Counted from the first letter of the stretch, positions 1-10,220 are shown. The stretch: 64,000 bases of DNA from Parcubacteria group bacterium (GCA_943354475.1 CALRBT010000002.1:16361-80360); one strand, 5' to 3'. The notes: generated from the letters alone by a model not told the origin. A program made the numbers and translations.

Positions 1-300
1 ATCCATATCATCATGAATCAAAATCACTTGTTCTGGCTTAAATACCCCCCCACCAGCTTTGGATAAAGACCTTATGGCCAAACCAGACTGATTCATAAAC
101 ATTTCTGGGATAATTAATGTCGCCGAGTTTTTATCGATTTTGATTTTAGCAACTTTTGCCTTTAATTTTTTATCTTCTTTCCAATCAGAATCTTCATGTG
201 CCTTTGCAAAGTGTAAAAGCACCTCCTTACCAATATTATGACGAGTGTTATCGTACTCCTCTCCTTTGTTTCCTAAACCTATAATGAGAAAATTTGCCAT
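1..300 (-). CDS. pth: Peptidyl-tRNA hydrolase (3' end outside window)
   Basis: Manual translation from ATG at 300: MANFLIIGLGNKGEEYDNTRHNIG...PEMFMNQSG...VILIHDDMD; not in ORF track. Confidence 0.92.
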   Translation of the reverse strand, partial: MANFLIIGLGNKGEEYDNTRHNIGKEVLLHFAKAHEDSDWKEDKKLKAKVAKIKIDKNSATLIIPEMFMNQSGLAIRSLSKAGGGVFKPEQVILIHDDMD

Positions 301-437
301 AAAAATATTTACTGTCTCTTTCAGAATTAATTATTTTAATCATAACAAACTTTTTACAAAATTTTACGTCACACCACGCAAAAATCTATTGTGTCAAACG
401 ACACAAGGTATTACAATTCACTCTAACTTCTTCTCTC

Positions 438-1055
438 ATGGAACTTTTTCAAGAAAAAAATCCTACTTCGGCGCACATCAAACCTGAACAGACAACAGTA
501 CAATTTATCAAAGAATTATTTTTCTTTGCATTCCTGGCTTTCCTTATTGTGATTCCAATTCGGATGTTCATAGCGAAACCTTTTCTCGTTGACGGACCAT
601 CAATGAATCCAACATTTGCAACAAGTCAGTACCTAATTGTTGATGAACTCTCATACCAATTCCAAAGCCCTGTTCGTGGTGAAGTCGTTGTCTTCAAATA
701 TCCCAAAGACAAAAAGAAGTCTTTCATTAAACGAATCATCGGACTCCCTGGAGAAACCATAATTATCCAACCTGATAAATTTGTCATTATAAACGCACTT
801 CATCCAGAAGGATTTAGTATTGTCGAACCCTACATCACCGGTCCGGTTACTTATCGAGAGAGTGCTATCACCACCCTTGGAGACGACGAATATTTTGTTA
901 TGGGAGATAATCGAGACCAGAGCTTTGACTCGAGATCATGGGGTCCAGTTAAGGAAAGTCTAATTGTCGGTAGACCCATTTTACGACTCTTCCCTTTCGA
1001 CAAGATTGGTTTATTTCCAGGAAGGTCTGAAAATCAAGTTGAGGTTGGCACATAA
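438..1055 (+). CDS. lepB: Signal peptidase I
   Basis: GPSMNPT catalytic Ser, FIKRIIGLPGE Lys, GDNRDQSFDSR. Confidence 0.95.
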   Translation: MELFQEKNPTSAHIKPEQTTVQFIKELFFFAFLAFLIVIPIRMFIAKPFLVDGPSMNPTFATSQYLIVDELSYQFQSPVRGEVVVFKYPKDKKKSFIKRIIGLPGETIIIQPDKFVIINALHPEGFSIVEPYITGPVTYRESAITTLGDDEYFVMGDNRDQSFDSRSWGPVKESLIVGRPILRLFPFDKIGLFPGRSENQVEVGT

Positions 1056-1140
1056 CAAGTTGACCTGAGGGTATACACAGAGGAATCATCGCAAACAACA
1101 TTACTAAACATCATCATATTTTTAAAAAACAATTCCAAAT

Positions 1141-2442
1141 ATGACAAAAGTAATGACCCAACCAAAAACACCATCAAAAATTTTCTCTGAAGAGCAATTC
1201 TTGAAAAAATCAAGTGAAGTGGCACTTTATTATGGCTTTAGACCATTCCAAAACTGGCAAGAAGAGGCGCAGGAGAAGTTAAAAAATATTGAAGATAAGC
1301 ATCGTAGAAAAGAAGTTAAAGAACGGGGACAATTCAATTTTAACGACTGCGAGGAGAAAAAAGAGGACGCTTTCCAGACAGAGAAACTCAAAATATTAGA
1401 TCACTACGTCAAACACGCCTCTCTTCTTTCTTCACCAGCACTCTGTTTTTGGCATGGACGCATCAGCCATTCCAAAATTGCTGAGGGGACTCCTCTCTCC
1501 GTTTTTTCACTTGAAGCAATCGCTGGAAGCAAAAGTACCACCGAGGCGCTTCTTATACGGACCGCTAAAGCCATTCTCGATGAGCTACATTTTAAGAACC
1601 TTGGCATCCACATCAATTCGCTCGGCGACCGAGAGTCATTTGGACGTTTTGAACGTGAACTTGGTAATTTTTACAAAAAGAACAGTACTTCTCTGACAAC
1701 ACACTGTCGTAGCAACTTAAAAAAGGATCTTTTTAAAGTCCATAGTTGTACCGAAGAAAAATGCCTTAAGGAAATGAACGGTCTTCGTGAACGCGCCCCA
1801 AAGCCGATTAGTTTTCTCAATGGAAGTAGTAGAACACACTTTGGCGAAATCCTTGAGTTTCTCGAGACGATGGATATTCCTTACCAAATCAAACATTCCC
1901 TCCTTTCTGATAGCACTATGCGACTTAAAACTATTTTTGAGATTCACAGTGAAATGGCGACAGATGATGAAAGTAATGGAGATGGAGGAACCACTAAACC
2001 AAAATCCGTTCGATTAGCAATCGGAGGAAGGTATGATGCGCTCTCTCGAAAACTAGGACTCCGCAAAGAAATACCTGCTGTTGGCATTTCCATCTTCTGT
2101 CCAACAAGTCATGAAAAGAAACTGTCAATAACTATCAAGACCAAACAACCTCAGGTTTACTTTATTCAACTCGGCTTTGATGCTAAAAGGCGTAGTCTTG
2201 AGGTTATTGAGCTTCTCCGTCATGCCCGTATCCCACTCCATCAGAACGTTATTAAAGATAAACTAACTGTCCAACTCAGCCAAGCAGAGAAAATGAATGT
2301 TCCCTACATTTTGATCATGGGACAGAAAGAGGCGATTGAAGGAAGCTGTATTGTCCGCAACATGAATACGAGATCGCAAGAGACGGTGAATATCTCACTC
2401 CTACCGACATACCTTAAACACTTAGAAGAAGAGTTGGTTTAG
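1141..2442 (+). CDS. Degenerate HisRS-like protein with C-terminal anticodon-binding domain
   Basis: INSLG, GGRYD motif 3, C-terminal HGTP-type domain; motif 2 not recognisable. Confidence 0.75.
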   Translation: MTKVMTQPKTPSKIFSEEQFLKKSSEVALYYGFRPFQNWQEEAQEKLKNIEDKHRRKEVKERGQFNFNDCEEKKEDAFQTEKLKILDHYVKHASLLSSPALCFWHGRISHSKIAEGTPLSVFSLEAIAGSKSTTEALLIRTAKAILDELHFKNLGIHINSLGDRESFGRFERELGNFYKKNSTSLTTHCRSNLKKDLFKVHSCTEEKCLKEMNGLRERAPKPISFLNGSSRTHFGEILEFLETMDIPYQIKHSLLSDSTMRLKTIFEIHSEMATDDESNGDGGTTKPKSVRLAIGGRYDALSRKLGLRKEIPAVGISIFCPTSHEKKLSITIKTKQPQVYFIQLGFDAKRRSLEVIELLRHARIPLHQNVIKDKLTVQLSQAEKMNVPYILIMGQKEAIEGSCIVRNMNTRSQETVNISLLPTYLKHLEEELV

Positions 2443-2459
2443 ACCTAGCGTAGAAAAAT

Positions 2460-2488
2460 TTGACTAAATAGGGCTATCCTTGTAGGAT
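2460..2488 (+). promoter_or_regulatory. sigma70-type promoter
   Basis: TTGACT-17 bp-TAGGAT. Confidence 0.55.
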
Positions 2489-2530
2489 TTCGTCGGAACT
2501 AGAATCCGGTTGAAGAAAGGGTACTCTGTC

Positions 2531-3271
2531 ATGACTCGCAAAACTTCGATGATAGTGTTCGCACTATTATTTGTGACCGCTCTTGGAATATCTGAAGCTC
2601 ACTCCGATTGCAAGACAATCGGCTACAGCGCAATTCAGACTGGCTATATTTATCAAGATTTCGGTGTCTGGGGGAATCGTAAACCAGTTCTACAGAGAGG
2701 CGCAACCGTGACCTGTGGAGGGCTCTCCCTCGATTTATGGACCTCAGCAGGTCTCACCGGGAACGGTAAGTTTGGTCGTCGTGGCGGAGAAGACGAAGGT
2801 GATCTGACCCTATTTTACAACAATAAGGTCGGGACCCCCCTGGGCGACTTCCGCTATGAGATTGGAGGAGCTTACTATGCCCTTGGGTACGGGGGCGGAT
2901 TGACTTCAACCCGCGATGACGTCGCTAACTTCTACGCACAGGTTGGCAGACCGTTCGAAATTCAAACCAACCTTGGAGCAATATCATTAACTCCGTTTGT
3001 CAGACCATCCCTGTACCGCCACATGAGTGGACCGCGTAATGACATGGTCATCCGTTCAGGGATCGAGTTTTCCATACCCCTTTCTCCATGGCTCAATTTT
3101 GAAGGAGATGTATCTATAGCGAATCTTGTGACGGGGAAACGTCAGACAGTGTTTCGCCCATCAGCTAGATTGGTGGCGAACGTCGGAGACGGATGGTCCG
3201 CAAATGTCGGGGTTAAGGGGACCGACAGAACAGGTAATGTTTTCTTGCTAGGGCTAGCCAAACATTTCTAA
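2531..3271 (+). CDS. Secreted beta-barrel-like protein (TorF/putative porin-like)
   Basis: Signal peptide, PVLQRG, E-x-DLT, alternating beta strands, C-terminal Phe. Confidence 0.55.
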   Translation: MTRKTSMIVFALLFVTALGISEAHSDCKTIGYSAIQTGYIYQDFGVWGNRKPVLQRGATVTCGGLSLDLWTSAGLTGNGKFGRRGGEDEGDLTLFYNNKVGTPLGDFRYEIGGAYYALGYGGGLTSTRDDVANFYAQVGRPFEIQTNLGAISLTPFVRPSLYRHMSGPRNDMVIRSGIEFSIPLSPWLNFEGDVSIANLVTGKRQTVFRPSARLVANVGDGWSANVGVKGTDRTGNVFLLGLAKHF

Positions 3272-3398
3272 AGGCAGGCTCAGGAGATATGCCCGGCGCA
3301 CAACGTGCGCCGGGTACTATTGTTTTATGTATTACAGAGATTAACCTTGAGATTGAGACTTGCCCTGAAAACTCATATATGGTAAAGTCTTAGCCACT

Positions 3399-3641
3399 AT
3401 GGCAACAAATGTAGAAGTAGAAAAGAACGCAAATGAGAACAATCTCGGGGTTTTGAGGCGCTTCACCAAGCGTGTTCAAGGGGCGGGTATCCTTCCTCGC
3501 GTACGATCACTAAGGTACGAGCAACGAGATCCTACCAAATACGGTAAGAAAAAAAGTGCTCTCAAACGACTCTCAAAAAAAGAGGCAATTCTCGAACAAA
3601 TCAAATTAGGTAAAGTAGTCGAAAAACCTGCACGTCGCTAA
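3399..3641 (+). CDS. rpsU: Ribosomal protein bS21-like
   Basis: Small basic protein with LRRFTKRVQGAGIL. Confidence 0.7.
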   Translation: MATNVEVEKNANENNLGVLRRFTKRVQGAGILPRVRSLRYEQRDPTKYGKKKSALKRLSKKEAILEQIKLGKVVEKPARR

Positions 3642-3650
3642 TTTTAAACA

Positions 3651-4043
3651 ATGCGAGATACAGATCACTTCTCAATCTCAAATACCACAAAAGGCAAGCT
3701 TCCACGCTTGCCTTTTGTCATGATGAAAGAAAAAGTATTGGGTAAAAACTATGAACTCAGTCTTGTGTTTGTCTCTCCCGCAAAGGCAAAGAAACTCAAC
3801 CTTGAGTATCGCAAAAAAACGTACGTACCAAATATTTTAAGCTTTCCACTTAATGATTCCAGTGGAGAAATTTTTATTTGTCTCGACGTTGCTAAAAAAG
3901 AAGCTCCTCTCTACGACTTAAATTTTGAAAAATTCGTTGGATATCTCTTTATTCATGGGTTATTCCATTTGAATGGAATGGAACATGGTAGTACAATGGA
4001 AAAATCAGAAAAAAAATTACGAACGTTATTTGATATTAAATAA
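3651..4043 (+). CDS. ybeY: rRNA maturation RNase YbeY
   Basis: LNLEYR, ILSFP, GEIFIC, HGLFHLNGMEH. Confidence 0.92.
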   Translation: MRDTDHFSISNTTKGKLPRLPFVMMKEKVLGKNYELSLVFVSPAKAKKLNLEYRKKTYVPNILSFPLNDSSGEIFICLDVAKKEAPLYDLNFEKFVGYLFIHGLFHLNGMEHGSTMEKSEKKLRTLFDIK

Positions 4044-4101
4044 AAATTTATTTTATTTAATAATCAGACGTTTCTAATTATCTCTCTGATTCTTTTTTAT
4101 A

Positions 4102-5280
4102 ATGGCAAGAAAAATTGCAGTTGGTATTGATATCGGAACCTACCAGGTCAAAGTGGTGGTTGCTGAATACGTGCACCAGAACGACCAGACCTATCCGCAA
4201 ATTATTGCAACCGGTCTATCTGAATCAAAAGGGCTCCGTCATGGCTATATCATCAACGAGCGCGATATCATCATTAGCATCCAGCAAGCAGTAAGTGAGG
4301 CTGAGAAAATCTCTGGCATCCCTATCCGCAAAGCATACCTGGCTATCGGAGGTATTGGACTTGAGAGCACTGTTGCTTCTGGAAGTACGGTCATCTCAAG
4401 GGCAGATTATGAAATCACCGAACTTGATGTTGAGAAAGCCTTCGACGAAAGCCAAGCAAAAATTCCTCAATCTTCAATCCTCAATCGAAAAGTACTTCAC
4501 CGTATCCCAATCCAGTATAAAGTTGACGGTAAAACAGTTCTCGGTCGCCCTGCCGGAATGAAGGGAATTAAACTCGAAGTAAAAACACTCTTTGTTACTT
4601 GTCTTGAGCAACATCTAAATGACTTAATCCAGGCCGTTGAAAATGCTGGTATAGAAGTCCTCAGTGAAATCGCCTCACCAATAGCAGCGAGTCTCGTAAC
4701 TCTTTCAAAAACACAGAAAAAAGCTGGTTGTGTCTTAGCCAACGTTGGTGCTGAAACCGTCTCGATTATTGTCTATGAAAACAATACCCCAATTTCTCTT
4801 GAAGTCTTCCCTATTGGCTCGACCGATATCACTCATGATATTGCTCTAGGACTGAAAATCTCCATCGAAGATGCGGAGGAGCTAAAGCTCGGTGCTATTA
4901 CCCCATCTAGTTTCCCAAAAAAGAAACTCGAAGAAATTGTGACCGCCCGTCTTTCAGATATATTTGAACTTATTGAAGCACATCTAAAGAAGATTGGACG
5001 AGATGGTCTCTTACCCGCAGGTATCATCATCACTGGTGGTGGATCAGGAATCGCAACGATTGATGAACTCGCGCGATCTGTATTACGACTCCCTTCAAAA
5101 ATTGCAGGGCTTGAGAGTTTCGACTTTAGACAAACCAAAGTAAGGGATGCGACCTGGGCAGTTGCCTACGGACTTTGCATCATGAGCTTTACCGATAATC
5201 AAACTCAGGGTGGTGGTAGAAATCCAATTGCTGAATTTATAAAAATGATTATCAAGTGGGTCAAGCAATTTTTGCCATAA
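4102..5280 (+). CDS. ftsA: Cell division protein FtsA
   Basis: GIDIGT, TGGGS actin-fold motifs; directly upstream of ftsZ. Confidence 0.95.
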   Translation: MARKIAVGIDIGTYQVKVVVAEYVHQNDQTYPQIIATGLSESKGLRHGYIINERDIIISIQQAVSEAEKISGIPIRKAYLAIGGIGLESTVASGSTVISRADYEITELDVEKAFDESQAKIPQSSILNRKVLHRIPIQYKVDGKTVLGRPAGMKGIKLEVKTLFVTCLEQHLNDLIQAVENAGIEVLSEIASPIAASLVTLSKTQKKAGCVLANVGAETVSIIVYENNTPISLEVFPIGSTDITHDIALGLKISIEDAEELKLGAITPSSFPKKKLEEIVTARLSDIFELIEAHLKKIGRDGLLPAGIIITGGGSGIATIDELARSVLRLPSKIAGLESFDFRQTKVRDATWAVAYGLCIMSFTDNQTQGGGRNPIAEFIKMIIKWVKQFLP

Positions 5281-5423
5281 AATTTATTATTTTATAATGA
5301 ATTTATCGAGAAAAGTGCATTCGATAGGCAAATTCTGCAGAATGAAACTTTGACCCTGTCAAAGTTCCTTTGTTTTTCAAACTAGTATATTATTGGTCGT
5401 AAGGAAAACCCATAGACACCAAG

Positions 5424-6731
5424 ATGTCAAAGAAGAAACCGTTAAGCCATAATCCTCAAAATCCTATGCCCAAAATCAACCCTGATGTAGAAGCTTTCGC
5501 ACGTATCACTGTCGCAGGTGTTGGTGGTTCTGGGCGCAACGCCATTAACCATATGGTTGATTCTAAGGTAAAAGGCGTTGAATTCATGGTGCTTAACACT
5601 GACGCTCAAGACCTACACAACTCTCTAGCTAAGAAGAAAATCCATATCGGTAAGAACCTTACTCGTGGCCTCGGTACTGGAATGAACCCTGATCTTGGTA
5701 AACGAGCAGCCGAAGAAACAAAAGAAGAGATTCAAGAGGCACTCAAAGGATCTGATATGGTCTTCATTGCAGCAGGAATGGGCGGAGGGACTGGTACTGG
5801 TGCGGCACCGGTAGTTGCACGTACCGCCAAAGAACTTGGAGCCTTGACCATTGGTGTTGTTACCAAGCCGTTCTTCTTCGAAGGACCTCAGCGAATGAAG
5901 TTGGCCGAAGCAGGACTCGAAGAACTCCGCAAAGAAGTTGATGCCCTTATCGTCATTCCAAATGATAGACTCTTGGCGACCGTCGCCAAAGAAACAACGA
6001 TGAAGAATGCATTCGCGATGTGTGACGAGATCCTTCGCCAAGCAGTCGAGGGTATTTCAGACTTAGTCACCACTCCTGGAATCATCAATGTCGACTTTGC
6101 AGACATCAGGTCAGTCATGCAAAACGCTGGTTCAGCCCTCATGGGGGTTGGAACAGCGGGTGGTGAACATCGAGCCGAGGAAGCCGCTCGTGCCGCCATC
6201 AACTCTCCCCTCCTTGAACTTTCAATTACTGGTGCCAAAGGTGTACTCTTTGCAATTGCAGGAGGAGACGACCTAACAATGCTTGAAATTCAAGATGCTG
6301 CTAAAATCATTACCGAGTCAATTGACCCTGATGCTAAAGTAATCTTTGGAGCAATTAAAGATGATAAGGTTAAGAAAAATGAGGTTAAAGTCACCGTTAT
6401 TGCAACAGGCTTTCCAGAGTTCCCTTCACGAAAACTTTTCCAAGCTGAGTTAGATCGCCCAAGGCCTGCGATAGTAGCACCTACCCCATCTCGTGGAATC
6501 TTTAGTGATCGAACTGAACGTCCAGAGCGACCAACTGAACGTCCAGTTGAAGTAAAGGAAAATAGAATTTACAACACCTTCACTCCTGATATTACCCCCA
6601 CACCCCCAGTAGCTAATAAACCAGAACCAGTAAAGGAGATTCGAGAAACGATTCCTGAACCAAAAAAATCAATTGATGAAGATGATGATTGGCGCGCAGT
6701 ACCCGCATTTCTTCGCAGAACGAAGAAATAG
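5424..6731 (+). CDS. ftsZ: Cell division protein FtsZ (start may be 5466)
   Basis: GGGTGTG tubulin signature, C-terminal VPAFLRR. Confidence 0.98.
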   Translation: MSKKKPLSHNPQNPMPKINPDVEAFARITVAGVGGSGRNAINHMVDSKVKGVEFMVLNTDAQDLHNSLAKKKIHIGKNLTRGLGTGMNPDLGKRAAEETKEEIQEALKGSDMVFIAAGMGGGTGTGAAPVVARTAKELGALTIGVVTKPFFFEGPQRMKLAEAGLEELRKEVDALIVIPNDRLLATVAKETTMKNAFAMCDEILRQAVEGISDLVTTPGIINVDFADIRSVMQNAGSALMGVGTAGGEHRAEEAARAAINSPLLELSITGAKGVLFAIAGGDDLTMLEIQDAAKIITESIDPDAKVIFGAIKDDKVKKNEVKVTVIATGFPEFPSRKLFQAELDRPRPAIVAPTPSRGIFSDRTERPERPTERPVEVKENRIYNTFTPDITPTPPVANKPEPVKEIRETIPEPKKSIDEDDDWRAVPAFLRRTKK

Positions 6732-6750
6732 TAACCAGAGGTATTAGATT

Positions 6751-6793
6751 ACACCAAAGCCTCAATAACTTTTAGTTATTGAGGCTTTGGTGT
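6751..6793 (+). terminator. Hairpin after ftsZ
   Basis: ACACCAAAGCCTCAATAACT / AGTTATTGAGGCTTTGGTGT inverted repeat. Confidence 0.7.
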
Positions 6794-6914
6794 TACAATT
6801 CCCTTTGTGTTTCCCTATCACCTAAGGGAATAGAGTGAACACTTAAGGGAACACTTATACTCTTGAGTATATGTCGCGAAGTAAGACTATAATCTAACCC
6901 CTATACCCTAATTT

Positions 6915-7838
6915 ATGCTTTACGATTTAGCTATCATCGGTGGAGGACCTGCGGGCGTAGCAGCAGGCGTTTACGCTTCGCGTAAACGCCTCAAAACTAT
7001 TTTTATTACTGACGTTTTCGGCGGTCAGAGCACCGTATCAGACGACATCCAAAACTGGATTGGAACACCGTCAATTAGTGGCGTTAAGCTTGCTGAGGAT
7101 CTCGAAAAACACTTGCGCGCCTACGCCAGTGATATTGTCGATATTCATACTGGTGAAAAAGTGACCTTGATTGAGAAGGTCGGCGAAAACTTCAAAGTAA
7201 CCACCCCCAAAGGATCATATGAGGCTCGTGCTGTACTCGCCTGTGCTGGAAGTTTCCGCCGTAAACTGACAATCCCTGGTGCTGAGCAATTTGAGCACAA
7301 AGGTATCACCTACTGTGCTTCTTGTGACGGACCAATGTTTGGAGATCAAGACGTGATTGTCATAGGTGGAGGAAATGCTGGGTTTGAGAGCGCGGCTCAA
7401 CTCCTGGCCTATTGTAAGAGTGTTACCTTGATACAGCGAAGCAAGGAATTTAGGGCTGATCCAGTGACCGTAGCTAAAGTCCTAGAAAACCCAAAAATGA
7501 AAGCAGTTACCGACACTGAGCTCGTTGAGATTAAAGGAGAACAGTTTGCAAAGTCATTGGTATACAAAAACAACGCAACTGGAGAACTTGTAGAACTTCC
7601 AGCAACTGGAATTTTTGTTGAGATTGGGTTATTGCCAACCACTGACTTCCTCAAGGGTTTGGTTGATTTAAATGAAAATAATCACATCGTGATTGACCCC
7701 AGAACCCAACGAACCTCTGTAGATGGAATCTGGGCCGCAGGGGATGCTACTGACGTTCTCTATCATCAGAATAATATTGCTGCCGGAGATGCTGTACGGG
7801 CACTGGAAGATATTTACATCTATCTACATAGGAAATAA
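6915..7838 (+). CDS. trxB: Thioredoxin reductase / AhpF-like FAD oxidoreductase
   Basis: GGGPAG, CASCD, GGGNAG, AAGD. Confidence 0.85.
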   Translation: MLYDLAIIGGGPAGVAAGVYASRKRLKTIFITDVFGGQSTVSDDIQNWIGTPSISGVKLAEDLEKHLRAYASDIVDIHTGEKVTLIEKVGENFKVTTPKGSYEARAVLACAGSFRRKLTIPGAEQFEHKGITYCASCDGPMFGDQDVIVIGGGNAGFESAAQLLAYCKSVTLIQRSKEFRADPVTVAKVLENPKMKAVTDTELVEIKGEQFAKSLVYKNNATGELVELPATGIFVEIGLLPTTDFLKGLVDLNENNHIVIDPRTQRTSVDGIWAAGDATDVLYHQNNIAAGDAVRALEDIYIYLHRK

Positions 7839-7898
7839 CTAGCATCCTAGCATCACTGAAACAACCAAGGCCGGACAAATGTCCGGCCTTCCCACAAA

Positions 7899-8153
7899 TC
7901 ATTTGCTTCCAGTAGTGCTGACTAACCTAGAAATGATCAGCAGTACAGCCATTTCCGCACAAGGGTCATCCGAGTGCAGAGCTCCCCGAAGGTTGATAGC
8001 AACCTCCTTAAGGTACATTCTAATCATTTCTTCGACTCTAGTTTTTAGGTCTGGAGATAAATTATCCAGAAGTCCCGCAGCTAGGTCGGACATTGTCCAC
8101 TCTACCTTCTCAAAACCGACCATTCTGTCTCGGTCATTAGTCCCAACAGTCAC
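7899..8153 (-). CDS. Hypothetical protein
   Basis: ORF downstream of the ATP-grasp gene, followed by a hairpin at about 7868-7890. Confidence 0.4.
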   Translation of the reverse strand: MTVGTNDRDRMVGFEKVEWTMSDLAAGLLDNLSPDLKTRVEEMIRMYLKEVAINLRGALHSDDPCAEMAVLLIISRLVSTTGSK

Positions 8154-8188
8154 CTATTTTCCCCTTGTTCAAAGCCACCGACACTCTA

Positions 8189-9415
8189 CTACGCCAACCG
8201 TTTGATAACAAGGTCAACCAAAGCCTTGGAGATATTTTGTGGTTTTCCGTACGTTGGAAAGTGGTGCATATCGATATACGGCAAGCTGTTAAGCTCGATG
8301 ACTGCACACATCTGATTCTTCCATGATTTGGAGATATCGGTAGCAAGAAAGTCAATTCCCACGATATCACTCTCAAAAATACTTGCCACATATTTAAACA
8401 GTTCAAGATTATCTGGATGGACCTCATCGGTCACTTCATAGAGGTCAGCCCCAAGATCAAGGATAACTTTTTCTTGTAGGAATACCACTTCATTTTTTTT
8501 GGGGATTGACTGCATCGAGAGACCTTTAGATTTGAGCAGTTTATCAGTCGTGCTGTTCACGATGATACGATACAGTGTCGTATCTTTTGCCTTTGGAAGA
8601 CCTCGCGCTGGGTCTTGGTTTTTTTCCTTGACCAAGACTTCGATGTTTCTCGTTCCATCGCCTACCACATGAGCTGGAATTCTCTCTACTGTAAAGACTT
8701 TTTCTTTACCAATGACGCTGGCTCGATACACCCGCATATCCGATAAATATCGCTCCACAATAAATGCGGGCGAATATACTAAAGCAGTCTCAATTGCACG
8801 CTTTAATCCAGATTCGTCAGTAATATTGGTCGTAATATGCTGACTCATTGAACCATTACGAGGCTTTACCATAAGTGGAAATCCCAGCCCTAGACCATAA
8901 GCTATCGCCTTATTCTTTTGAAGTGACTTTAAAGGCCAAAATGCCCAAAATGCCTTACCTTCCGCGACTCTCACCCCTGCTTCTTTGAGAACCTTCTTTA
9001 CTTCAATTTTATCATCAGCTTTGGCTGACCTACTACTTACTGGCGCACTAAAAGGTAAGCCTTCAAAAATCATAGAGGTATTCCCCACCTTCATTCTAAA
9101 TTGATTAAGATAGCCGTATGGACCCTTGAGCACCTCAAAAGAAAATCCACGCTTTACCCCCTCATCGATGAATACTGTCGTGCGTAGCGACACCTCACTA
9201 TTCTCATATTGCTTGACGTACCGAACGACTCCAAGAAGAGTCAGGATTTTGATGAATAACTTTTCACCAATATTTTGAATCCAAGGGATTGCTGGCAGTT
9301 TTGATTGAAAACCAAGTGAAAGAAAGGTATCGATATAGTTTTGAGTATGGTTCACTGGAAGTGGTCCGCATTGATCACAAATCATTGGATCAAAAATTTC
9401 ATTTAGTTTCTTCAT
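8189..9415 (-). CDS. ATP-grasp ligase (cyanophycin synthetase/GshF-like ATP-grasp domain)
   Basis: DDK, VKPRNGS, VERY, RIPAHVVGDG, GIDF, IELNSLP. Confidence 0.8.
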   Translation of the reverse strand: MKKLNEIFDPMICDQCGPLPVNHTQNYIDTFLSLGFQSKLPAIPWIQNIGEKLFIKILTLLGVVRYVKQYENSEVSLRTTVFIDEGVKRGFSFEVLKGPYGYLNQFRMKVGNTSMIFEGLPFSAPVSSRSAKADDKIEVKKVLKEAGVRVAEGKAFWAFWPLKSLQKNKAIAYGLGLGFPLMVKPRNGSMSQHITTNITDESGLKRAIETALVYSPAFIVERYLSDMRVYRASVIGKEKVFTVERIPAHVVGDGTRNIEVLVKEKNQDPARGLPKAKDTTLYRIIVNSTTDKLLKSKGLSMQSIPKKNEVVFLQEKVILDLGADLYEVTDEVHPDNLELFKYVASIFESDIVGIDFLATDISKSWKNQMCAVIELNSLPYIDMHHFPTYGKPQNISKALVDLVIKRLA

Positions 9416-9463
9416 GATCCGAGATAGGAATTAAGTTGGGTGTGGTCGGGATGAATGCTTTGA

Positions 9464-9832
9464 TTAAGACTTAAATACCGCCTCAAGGTTATGGCCGTTT
9501 GGGTCTATTATGAATGTCGCGTAATACCCTGGCTCATAGTCGCGCAGACCTGGAGCACCGTTATCAGTTGCGCCTTGCGCCAGGGCACTGGTATGGAAAG
9601 CTCGTACCGTATCCTCACTCTTGGCAGTAAAGGCAACGTGTGTGGATTTAGAGACAGGAGAGTCTTCAGTTGACTGCGCCACCTCAAACATGTCATGAGG
9701 GTTCGTTCCAAATCCAACAACAACACCAGGAATCTCAAACACGACTTGATAGCCGAGCGAACCAAGAACTGCCTCATAAAACGGTCGACTTTGGGCTAAG
9801 TCTTTTACCTTAATTTGTACGTGATCAAACAT
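9464..9832 (-). CDS. VOC/glyoxalase family protein
   Basis: FDHV, HVAF, DNGAPGLR, DPNGHNLEAV. Confidence 0.9.
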   Translation of the reverse strand: MFDHVQIKVKDLAQSRPFYEAVLGSLGYQVVFEIPGVVVGFGTNPHDMFEVAQSTEDSPVSKSTHVAFTAKSEDTVRAFHTSALAQGATDNGAPGLRDYEPGYYATFIIDPNGHNLEAVFKS

Positions 9833-9983
9833 ATTTTAAATATAATAAGCACTTAGGTCACTCCGATACTAAAAAATTCTGGAGTGACAGGACTCGGTCA
9901 CAGATAATTTTCTGCGAAAATTTCCGCGACCCCGACTCGGCGACAAGTCCGAGCAAAGCTCGTCTTGTATACCGCCTCCGTCT

Positions 9984-10220
9984 TTCGAATCCCTCACCTT
10001 GCCTCACAAACACAAATCATTCAATTCTACTCATTGAATTCATTGTTTGTGGGCGGTGAGGGATTCGAATCTTACAGATTCTGTACACCTTTTTGATTTG
10101 TTCAAAGCAAAGCTTCTCACAAATAACAAAAAGCTCTTCAAGTCCCCCACGAAAGCAAAATTGTTTGCTTTCTACCGCCCACAAAGTTAAAAACCTGATT
10201 TGCTCTGGTTTTTAACTTTG
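9984..10220. repeat. Palindromic elements containing copies of the tRNA-Val 3' end
   Basis: TGTGGGCGGTGAGGGATTCGAA at 10048-10069; inverted copies at about 9984-10010 and 10137-10183. Confidence 0.75.
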
